Of a DNA stretch of 64,000 bases, positions 55,968-64,000 are shown piece by piece (positions within the stretch are counted from its first letter, which is position 1; each line of letters begins with the position of its first letter). The position numbers and the translations under genes were made by a program. Origin of the DNA: an uncultured Alphaproteobacteria bacterium (GTDB lineage Bacteria > Pseudomonadota > Alphaproteobacteria > Reyranellales > Reyranellaceae); the NCBI GenBank assembly GCA_963843185.1, contig CAWJJJ010000023.1:61040-125039 (forward strand), written 5' to 3'. The notes under the pieces are model-generated. The model saw nothing but the letters and a program-made list of their open reading frames with translations. It was not told the origin of the DNA and did no database searches.

Positions 55968-56813
55968 TCAGCGCTCCCTGAATTCCAGGGTGAGGTGGGC
56001 AGCTTCCGAAGGCGGGACGATCAGCCGGCCGGCATCGGGTTTGCTCAGCTTGACGCCGTTCTTGCCCAGGAGCGCCTCGCAGGCGGCGAGACTGTCGACC
56101 CGCAGCGACAGCAGCGCCGGATGGTCGCCCGGCCGCACCGGCACAATGCCGGGATAGCGCGCCGCATAGTCCCGGCGCGTCATGTAGCGGATGGGCTGCG
56201 TGCCGGTGTCGACGACCAGCCCCTCGTCCTCGCGCCTGGCCGTGCCGGCACCGAAATACTTCTCGAGCTCGGGGATCCACCTGGCCGGTTGCGCGGCGAT
56301 CACCGTGACGCCCAGGATGCCGCGCGCGCCGTTGGGGTGCCTGGCCCAATCATCGCGATAGACGAACTCGGGCGTCAGGTGTTCGCAGACGAAGAAGCCG
56401 ACCACCGGCATGTGGCTCTTGGGGATGCGCACCGTGCGGAACTTGGCGTGCTCCACCTTGCCCGCGACCTCGACCGCGCGGTCGAAGAAGAGCGGTGCGT
56501 CGGGCTGCAGGCCCGCCGCCGTGAAGGCGTCGAAGGCGAGATCCGCGCCGTCGGTCGCCAGCGCCACGTTGGCGAGCCCGCCGCCGGCTTTCAACCAGTC
56601 GCGCCGCTCGGCGTTGAATTCGGTGTCCTCAACGATGCCCAGGATCTCGAAATAGTCCTTGTCGAAGATCATCAGGTGGTTGGCCGTGCCGAGCTTCTTA
56701 TGGAAGCCGCGCGGCTGCACCTGGAACCCGAGCCTACGGTAGGCCGCCTCCGCGGCATCGATGCCGTCGACCATGACCACGACATGATCGAGCCCCTTCA
56801 CCGCGCGCGTCAT
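55968..56813 (-). CDS. VOC family (Glyoxalase_3) protein
   Basis: GLDHVV, RLGF, GTANHL, HPNGARGI; ATGA-coupled. Confidence 0.85.
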   Translation of the reverse strand: MTRAVKGLDHVVVMVDGIDAAEAAYRRLGFQVQPRGFHKKLGTANHLMIFDKDYFEILGIVEDTEFNAERRDWLKAGGGLANVALATDGADLAFDAFTAAGLQPDAPLFFDRAVEVAGKVEHAKFRTVRIPKSHMPVVGFFVCEHLTPEFVYRDDWARHPNGARGILGVTVIAAQPARWIPELEKYFGAGTARREDEGLVVDTGTQPIRYMTRRDYAARYPGIVPVRPGDHPALLSLRVDSLAACEALLGKNGVKLSKPDAGRLIVPPSEAAHLTLEFRER

Positions 56814-57268
56814 GCAGGCCTCCGCCGCACCATGTTGATGCCCTTCACCGTCACCACCAGTTCGCCTCTCTGATTGGTGGCGCCCCAATGCTCGTGGATG
56901 ATGCCCATGTCGGGCCGGCTCTTGGACGGCACCTTGTCGGCGCACTCGACCCAGGCGGTCAGGGTGTCGCCCGGCCGCACCGGCTTCAGCCAGCGGATCT
57001 CGTCGAGGCCGGGCGAGCCCAGCGCCGTGCGCTTGTCGATGTAGTTGTCGACGAACAGTCGCATCAGCTTGGAGGTGACGTGCCATCCCGAGGCGATCAG
57101 GCCGCCGAACATCGATTTTTCGGCCGCCGCGGCATCGATGTGGAAGCTCTGCGGATCGTACTGGCGGGCGAACGTCACGATTTCCTGCTCCGTGAAGCTC
57201 GTGGAGCCCAGCAGGTACTTCGTGCCGACCTGGTAATCTTCCCAGTAACGCGGGTCTTTCGACTGCAT
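56810..57268 (-). CDS. MaoC family dehydratase
   Basis: YWED, FARQYDPQSFH, FGGLIASGWH, PVRPGD. Confidence 0.9.
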   Translation of the reverse strand: MQSKDPRYWEDYQVGTKYLLGSTSFTEQEIVTFARQYDPQSFHIDAAAAEKSMFGGLIASGWHVTSKLMRLFVDNYIDKRTALGSPGLDEIRWLKPVRPGDTLTAWVECADKVPSKSRPDMGIIHEHWGATNQRGELVVTVKGINMVRRRPA

Positions 57269-57365
57269 GGACACCGGTCTTCGCAGAGCATGGCCGGATA
57301 GGCAAGGAGGTCCTATGGCCTGCCGGGCGGCCGTCGGCTAGCCTGCACGCGAAGGCACGCGGCAA

Positions 57366-58980
57366 ATGAACGAACCCAACCTGATCAGGCGCCTGACCAC
57401 GATCGTCGCCGTCGACGTCGTGGGATTCAGCACCATGTCGGCCCGCGACGAGGAGCATGCGCTCGAGCTGCTGGGCGCCCGCATGGCCACCGCCGAATCA
57501 CTGGTGAAGCACCATCGCGGCCGCGTCTTCAAGCTGACCGGCGACGGCTTCCTGGCGGAGTTCATGAGCCCGGTCGAGGCGGTGCGCTCCGCCGTCGAGA
57601 TCCAGGAGGCGATGCGCTCGGCCAACGCGACAGCCGGTCCGAACGACCAGCTTACCCTGCGCATCGGGATCAATCTCGGCGATATCGTGGAAAGCGGCGA
57701 CGATCTGATGGGCGATGCCGTCAACGTGGCGGTGCGGCTGGAATTGATCGCGCCGCACGGCGGCGTCTGCGTCTCGGCTTCGATCTACGAGCAGATCACG
57801 GGCAAGCTGACGCTAGGCGCCGAGGACATGGGCGAGCAGCACGTCAAGAACATCCCGCGCCCCATCCACGCCTATCGCCTCACGCCTGGAGGCGCAGCAC
57901 CGACCGTCACTGCTGCAGCCGCCACTGTGGCCGCCAACGATCGCCGCGCCTGGGCGTCGCCCTCGGCGCGGTCGACCGTCGTGGCCATCGTGGCGACTCG
58001 CGGGCGTCTGGCTGCTGCGCGAACAGCCGGAAAGGGCGCCGACCGCCGTCCAGTCCGCTGACGCATCGAGGCAGGCTGCAGCAGCCGCACCGCCACCGAC
58101 GGCCGAGCCTGGGCGCGCCACACCGGCGCCGCCAACTGCCACCGTAGCGGCGCGGATCTATGTCGCCGCCGACGTTCCGTTCGTGCCCGACTGGCGCCGG
58201 CGGCGCCTCGAGGTCTACGGCAACGCCGAAGGTTCCAAGGCGATGGCGATCAACGCCCGGGGCATCTACGCCTTCGTGACGCGCCGCGTCGATGACACGA
58301 CCGCGCGCCGCATTGCGCTCGAGGATTGCAACAGCATCGTGCGGCGCGAGGTGCCGGTCGTTCGCGAGTTCGACCGCTGCATGACCTACGCCGTAGGCAA
58401 CGACGTGATCTGGTCGTATCGCACGCCGCCGCTGCCGCCGCCGCCCTACGTTCCGGCCGCGCGGCCTTCACCGCCGATCGCCTTCGACCCCGCCACCGTT
58501 CCGCTGATCGGCGAGGCCTCGCGCAGGAACCTCACCGACCATTACCTGAAGTCGGACCGCAAGCGGGCGCTGGTGCTCGGCCACAACCACTTCGACTGGT
58601 GGTCGCCCAGCGACACGGAGATCGACGCCATCCGGCGCAACCTGCAGAGCTGCGGCCATATTACGGGCCGGCCGTGCGTCGTCTATGCCCTCGAAGAGCA
58701 GGTCCTGGTCAGGACGCCCACGCGCTTTCGCATCATCGACATTTTCACGCCGCAGGACCTCGCCAACCTCGACGCCGCCCAGCAGGAGGCGGTCGAGCGC
58801 TATCTCGTGGCCGACGATTGGCGGGCCATCGCCGTGGCGCGCAACGGCCGCCTGGGCATCGTGGTCGGCCGGTCGAGCGAGAGTGCGGCGATCGGCGACG
58901 CGGTCCGCGACTGCGCGCGGGCCGGCGGCACCGAGTGCGCCGTGTCGGCCGTTGGTGCCTTTCTGGTCACTCCCAAATAG
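57366..58980 (+). CDS. Class III adenylate/guanylate cyclase with TM, Pro/Ala linker and periplasmic Cys-repeat domain (frameshifts ~57950-58005)
   Basis: RRLTTIVAVDVVGFS, KLTGDG, RIGINLGD, GDAVNVAVRLE, VKNIPRP; C-terminal half in 58183-58980 frame. Confidence 0.78.
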
Positions 58981-58986
58981 GGATTT

Positions 58987-60148
58987 TCAGTCGGCGAGCA
59001 TGGCGCCAAAGCGCTTGGCGATCTCCTCCAGCATGATTTCCGAGGCGCCGCCGCCGATCGCCTGGACACGCGCGTCGCGCGCCATGCGCTCGATCGCGGT
59101 CTCGCGCACGAAGCCCATGCCACCATGGAACTGCACGCAGTCGTAGAGCACCTGGTTCACCAGATCGCCGGCCAGCGCCTTGACCATCGAGACCTGGGCG
59201 ACGCAATCCCCACCCTGGGCGTCGAGCCAGGCCGTATGGTGCACGAGCTGGCGGGCAGCCTCGACTTCAGCAAGCCGCCGCGCCAGGCGCTGGCGAATGG
59301 TTTGCTGGTCCCATAGCGGCTTACCGAAGGCGGTCCGTTGGCTCACATACTCGAAAGTGAGCCGGATCGCCTCGCGCGCCTCGGCCATGGCCATCGCGCC
59401 GATCACCAGCCGTTCGGTCTGGAAGTTGGCCATGATCGAATAGAAGCCGCGATTGGGCTCGCCCAGCACGTTCTCGGCCGGCACCCGGCAATCCTCGAAG
59501 ACCAGTTCGGCCGTGTCCGAGGAGCGCCAGCCAGTCTTGTCGAGCGCGCGGCCGACCTTGAAGCCCGGCGTGCCCTTCTCGACGATGAACATGGTGATGG
59601 CGCGGCTGCCCTTGGCCTCGGGATCGGTGCGCGCGGCGATGAAGTAGAGGTCGCCATGCACGCCGTTGGTGATGAACATCTTGCTGCCATTCAGCACATA
59701 GTCCCCGCCGTCGCGCACCGCGCGGGTGCGGATGCCGGCCACGTCGGATCCGGCGCCGGGCTCGGTGACGGCGACCGCGGTGATGGTCTTTCCGGCCAGG
59801 ACGCCCGGCAGGTACTTCTCGAGTTGGCGCCTGGTGCCGAAGCGCACGAGATGCGGGCTCGCCATGTCGGTATGGACCAGCACGGTGATGGCGAAGCCGC
59901 CATGGGTCGAGCGGCCGACCTCCTCGGCCAGCACGACCGAGGCGCGCGCATCGAGGCCCGCGCCGCCCAAGGCCTCGGGCACGCGCAGCGAGAAGAAGCC
60001 GAGTTCGCCCATTTCACGCAGCACTTCGCGCGGCACGAAGCCCGCCTGCCTCCCATTTCGGGCCGTGCGGCCTCACCTTCTCGTCGACGAAGCGGCGAAG
60101 CTGGGCGCGGATGAGATCGTGTTCGTCGCTGAAGATGGGGTGTGCCAT
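58987..60148 (-). CDS. Acyl-CoA dehydrogenase (frameshift ~60050)
   Basis: [48 protein letters not shown]. Confidence 0.9.
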
Positions 60149-60173
60149 GGCGGCGGGATGCTACACTCCGTCC

Positions 60174-60608
60174 ATGTCACGCGACAAACGCCTGCAGGAT
60201 CGCTCGATCTATCCTCACTGGTGCACCGACACGGTGCGCTTCTCGGACCAGGACGCGGCCGGCCACATCAACAATGTGGCGCTCTGCGCCTACCTGGAGA
60301 CGGCGCGCCTGACCTTCATCCGCGACCTCGGCCTGATGTCGAGCGAAGAGGATGGCATGCGCGGCATCTCGGCCGGCATGAATGTGAGCTTCCTCGCCGA
60401 GTCGCACTGGCCCGGTCAAGTGGAACTCGGCAGCGGGGTCATCCGCGTGGGTACCAGCTCGTTTACCGTCGGCTCGGCGGCCTTCAAGGCCGGCAAATGC
60501 ATCGTCGCGGCCGAGATGGCGGTGGTTCATCTCAAGGGCCGGACTCCGCATCCGATCGGCCCCGAGCTGCGGACAAGGCTGGAAAAGTATTTGCTGCCAG
60601 GCTTTTAG
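60174..60608 (+). CDS. 4HBT-like acyl-CoA thioesterase
   Basis: RFSDQDAAGHINN..YLETAR. Confidence 0.88.
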   Translation: MSRDKRLQDRSIYPHWCTDTVRFSDQDAAGHINNVALCAYLETARLTFIRDLGLMSSEEDGMRGISAGMNVSFLAESHWPGQVELGSGVIRVGTSSFTVGSAAFKAGKCIVAAEMAVVHLKGRTPHPIGPELRTRLEKYLLPGF

Positions 60609-60615
60609 CGCCCGC

Positions 60616-60665
60616 TTGACCGGGCCGGCCGCGCCCCTTATCTTTGCGTCTGCGAGTAAGTCGCA
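60616..60665 (+). promoter_or_regulatory. sigma70 promoter with Fur-type palindrome upstream of bfd
   Basis: TTGACC(60616)-N17-TATCTT(60639); TGCGA-GTAAG-TCGCA at 60651-60665. Confidence 0.72.
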
Positions 60666-60688
60666 TCTGCAGGGAAAGCTCACAAGGC

Positions 60689-60892
60689 ATGTATATCTGC
60701 ATCTGTCGGGCCATTCGGGATCGTGAAGTCGACGCTGCCGTCCGCGCCGGGGCGCGCCGGCCGTCCGACGTGTTCCGGGCCTGCGGCAAGAGCCCCCAGT
60801 GCGGAAGCTGCGCCTGCGACATGCGCGAGCGCATCGCCGACACGATCATCCGAGAACGCGCCGTCCAGCAGACGGTTCTTGCCGCCGATTGA
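60689..60892 (+). CDS. bfd: Bacterioferritin-associated ferredoxin
   Basis: MYICIC...QCGSC. Confidence 0.9.
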   Translation: MYICICRAIRDREVDAAVRAGARRPSDVFRACGKSPQCGSCACDMRERIADTIIRERAVQQTVLAAD

Positions 60893-60933
60893 CGCGCCGC
60901 GCGCGTTACCACGAGCCTATTGCGAGGGGGTCT

Positions 60934-61419
60934 TTACTCCGACTCCTTGCCCTCGCCGATCTGGGTCTGCAGGTAATTCTGCACGCCCACCTTGTCGATC
61001 AGCGCGATCTCGGTCTCGAGGAAGTCGATGTGCGCCTCGGCGTCCTCGAGGATGTCGACGGCGATCTCGCGGCTGACATAGTCCTTCGCCGTCTCGCAGT
61101 GAGTTACCGCCGCGACCAGCGCCGTACGCGCCGCGCTCTCTAGTTTCAGGTCGGCGGCCAGACACTCCGGCACGGTCTCGCCGACGCCGATCTTACCCAG
61201 GTCCTGGAGATTGGGCAGGCCGTCGAGCAGCAGGATGCGCTGGATCAGCTTGTCGGCGTGCTTCATCTCGCCGATCGATTCCTCGTAGACCTTCTTGCCC
61301 AGGCGCTCGAAGCCCCAATGCTTCATCATGCGGGCATGCAAAAAGTACTGGTTGATGGCCGTGAGCTCGTTCTTCAGGAGCTTGTTCAGCTCGGCAATGA
61401 TCTGCGGATTGCCCTTCAC
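60934..61419 (-). CDS. bfr: Bacterioferritin
   Basis: GTG start with GGAGG RBS; NELTAINQYFLHARM, ESIGEMKHAD, PNLQ, DYVSR, EAHIDFLET. Confidence 0.95.
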   Translation of the reverse strand: MKGNPQIIAELNKLLKNELTAINQYFLHARMMKHWGFERLGKKVYEESIGEMKHADKLIQRILLLDGLPNLQDLGKIGVGETVPECLAADLKLESAARTALVAAVTHCETAKDYVSREIAVDILEDAEAHIDFLETEIALIDKVGVQNYLQTQIGEGKESE

Positions 61420-61750
61420 GGCGACCTCCCATGGATGTGTCACGTCTAGAAATACCCACGGGCGCCCGCCGCGCAACCGAAGAGTACGCAACTGAGAACA
61501 GTTTGCCGAGAAAGATGCTCACAGGCGTTGGACAGGCGAGCGATTTTTCCTCGCCCATTGCGGGTAACAATCAAAGACGCCTCGTGCGCCCTGTCGTCTC
61601 CGCGTCAGAAAGCAGCGGCCCTCAAAGCCACGTTTCTGCCAAGGTTCCATTCGCGTGCAGGAGGCGTCGCAACGTCGGCGCACCCTGGACGTTCTTTCGT
61701 TACCAATCGCCCGCCCGATCCTCGATTGGGCCAGCTCAAGGATACGCGTC

Positions 61751-62365
61751 ATGCCCTTAGACAAAGGAAAAAACGGTTTCACCCTTCCCAAGCTGCCTTA
61801 CGCCGAGGACGCCCTCGCGCCCGTGGTTTCGGCGAAGACCATCTCGTTCCACTACGGCAAGCATCACAAGGCTTACGTCGACAAGCTGAACGAGCTGATC
61901 GAGGGCACGCCCTATGCCGAGATGTCCCTGGAGGATATCGTGAAGAAGTCGGCCACGGACGAGAAAGCCAAGAAGATCTTCAACAACGCCGCCCAGGCTT
62001 GGAACCACGACTTCTACTGGCACAGCATGGCCCCGCAAGGCGGCGCGCCGGCCGGCAAGATCAAGACGGCGCTCGCGGACAGCTTCGGGGGTCTGGACGA
62101 TTTCAAGAAAGCGTTCAAGACGGCCGCCGTTGACCAGTTCGGCAGCGGCTGGGCGTGGCTGGTGAAGGGCAAGGACGGCAAACTCGCCATCCAGACAACG
62201 TCGAACGCCGACACGCCACTCGCGCACGGCGGAACGCCGCTGTTCGTCGCCGACGTGTGGGAACACGCCTACTACCTCGACTACCAGAACCGCCGGCCCG
62301 ACCACGTCCAGGCCTGGCTCGACAAGCTCGCCAACTGGTCGTTCGCCGAAAAGAATCTCGGCTAA
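61751..62365 (+). CDS. sodB: Fe superoxide dismutase
   Basis: [29 protein letters not shown] (Fe-type AAQ signature). Confidence 0.92.
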   Translation: MPLDKGKNGFTLPKLPYAEDALAPVVSAKTISFHYGKHHKAYVDKLNELIEGTPYAEMSLEDIVKKSATDEKAKKIFNNAAQAWNHDFYWHSMAPQGGAPAGKIKTALADSFGGLDDFKKAFKTAAVDQFGSGWAWLVKGKDGKLAIQTTSNADTPLAHGGTPLFVADVWEHAYYLDYQNRRPDHVQAWLDKLANWSFAEKNLG

Positions 62366-62377
62366 GGAGAAACCGTC

Positions 62378-62533
62378 ATGCTGGGCACCATTCTTCTGAT
62401 CGTCCTGATCCTGATTCTGATCGGTGCCCTGCCGAGATGGCCATACAGCAGCGGCTGGGGTTACTATCCCAGCGGCGGCGTCGGCCTGATCCTGATTATC
62501 CTGGTGATCCTGTTGCTGATGGGACGACTATAG
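62378..62533 (+). CDS. DUF3309 small membrane protein (51 aa)
   Basis: MLGTILLIVLILILIGALPRWPYSSGWGYYPSGGVGLIL..; AAGGAG RBS. Confidence 0.88.
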   Translation: MLGTILLIVLILILIGALPRWPYSSGWGYYPSGGVGLILIILVILLLMGRL

Positions 62534-62567
62534 GTCCCGTCAGCTCGGGCCCGTCCGGGCCGGCCCG

Positions 62568-63663
62568 CTAGTAGCGAAAAGTCACATTCACGGAGCCGAA
62601 CTGCGTGAAGCGGTTTTGCTGGTAGAATTCGGGCGTACGCAGAATCTGCGTATAGGTGATGCGCGTTCCGCGATAGGTGAGCGCGAGGCCTGCCTGGACC
62701 TCGCCGACGAACGGCCGGTGCGAGACCCGAAGACTGTAGCCGTCGGTATTGCCGTCGAGAAAGATGTTGCGGCCGACCACTTGGCCATCGATGCCGGCAA
62801 ACAGATACCAACCAAAGCTGCCATCGCCGATGAATGCCTCTGAACCGGGCAACGCCGGACGGGCTCGCGTTGGGCCAAAGTCATCGCGCAAATTCTTGCC
62901 GATTCGGGCCGTGCCGCCGACATCTGCATAGATCGCGACGTTGCCCAGCGCTGCGCCAACACGCGGAATGAAGTCGACCTCGAGCTTGGGATCGTCGATG
63001 ACGACAGTGCGGCCCGTGCGCCAGCGCCGCTCGAAGGTGAGATTGATTGTCGGCTCGTTGTGGAGCTGGTTGGCCCAACCGTAGGCTTGCGCCACACCGA
63101 TGAGGTTATGGAAGTTGTTCTGCACGACCTCACCGCCCGCCGCCGGGCCGATCAGACCGAGATCGAGCTGGAGGGTGTCGAGCCGCACCGGCTCGTCGGT
63201 GCCGGTCTTCGAATCGCGACGCTTGTAGGTGTATTGCAGGGCGAAGCTCGCATAGAGCCATCCGGCGTACGGCCTGTCGTTGTAGATCGGCTGGGTGGCG
63301 AAGGTATCGTCCGGCGTATAGATATTCTGGCCGAATGACAGGGCGAAGCGCCGGATCACCGAGTCCGAAGGCGGCTCGCCGAGGAAGGTTGGCATGGTCG
63401 TGAGCGCGACCAGGCCAGCCGGCATGGTGGTAATCGCCGGCGACAGCCAGCCGAAGCGGATGCCGTTGGTGTAGTCGCGGTCGGTCGGGCTGAAGCGGTT
63501 GAAGACGTCGTTCTCGATCTGGAGGGTGTAGATGCTGCGCTTCTCGTCATCGGTCGCCGAGGCGGGCGGCGGCGGTTCATTGGTCTGCGCCCGCGCGACA
63601 ACGGTACCCACCAGAAATGCGCTCGCGGCCAGGGAGGCGATCTTGGCGATGCTGCCTTGCATC
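62568..63663 (-). CDS. LpxR-like lipid A 3'-O-deacylase (DUF2219) outer-membrane protein
   Basis: ENDVF, DRDYTNG, GQNIYTP, DRPYAGWLY, GWANQL, RNIFLDGN, C-terminal aromatic residue. Confidence 0.85.
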
Positions 63664-63695
63664 TTCCACAACGCGGCCACAGCCGCAGGGTTGCG

Positions 63696-64000
63696 CTAGC
63701 GGACGTTGGCCGAGGCGGCCGCATGCCAGAGATGGTTGCGCCAGTAGATCGCGATCAGCAGGGTGAAGCCGATCCCAAGCAGGCTGTAGAGCGAGCCGGT
63801 GGCCGCGAAGCCGGCGTGCTCGACCAATGGCCCCGACAGCAGCAGCCCGACCGGCAGACCGTAGACCGCCAGCATGCGCACGCCCATGACGCGCCCACGG
63901 AAGCGGGGATCGGCAACGCGCAGCAGCAGCACCGCCATGGGGATCATGCAGAAGCTTTGCGCGAAGCCTGCGAGGAACAGCACCAGCTCGCCCCATAGCG
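63696..64000 (-). CDS. MFS transporter, C-terminal fragment
   Basis: FRGRVMGVRMLAVYGLPVG; TM helices; runs off window. Confidence 0.75.
   Translation of the reverse strand, partial: LWGELVLFLAGFAQSFCMIPMAVLLLRVADPRFRGRVMGVRMLAVYGLPVGLLLSGPLVEHAGFAATGSLYSLLGIGFTLLIAIYWRNHLWHAAASANVR

Overview
High-GC alphaproteobacterial chromosomal segment (Reyranella/Rhodospirillales-like by gene content; taxon is inference). It is gene-dense, with no rRNA, tRNA, CRISPR array, integrase or transposase recognised. About 15 conserved genes are broken by 1-nt indels, most likely uncorrected long-read errors. Main blocks: (1) poxB, CoA-transferase, SBP, VOC and YegD-type Hsp70; (2) a putative S-methylation module (mddA-like operon, SARP/BTAD-alpha/beta-hydrolase regulator, wHTH-SAM methyltransferase, rhodanese) whose two flanking upstream regions share a 49-bp element with 11-bp-phased repeats; (3) dgoK with a dgoA remnant, an AKR and a PAS-GGDEF-EAL gene; (4) an aromatic catabolic cluster (Fe3+-type ABC, Rieske alpha/beta, AraC, LLM); (5) a LexA-boxed imuA-imuB-dnaE2 cassette with a degenerate FitA/VapC-like pair between imuB and dnaE2, next to the Lhr helicase/exonuclease/ligase damage cluster and an FNR-boxed 41-aa membrane sORF; (6) moaA, acyl-CoA genes, a (CT)26 microsatellite and a NitT/TauT ABC; (7) a GT2/flippase/methyltransferase/GT-C surface-modification set; (8) bfd/bfr/sodB with a Fur-type box, then lpxR-like and MFS genes.
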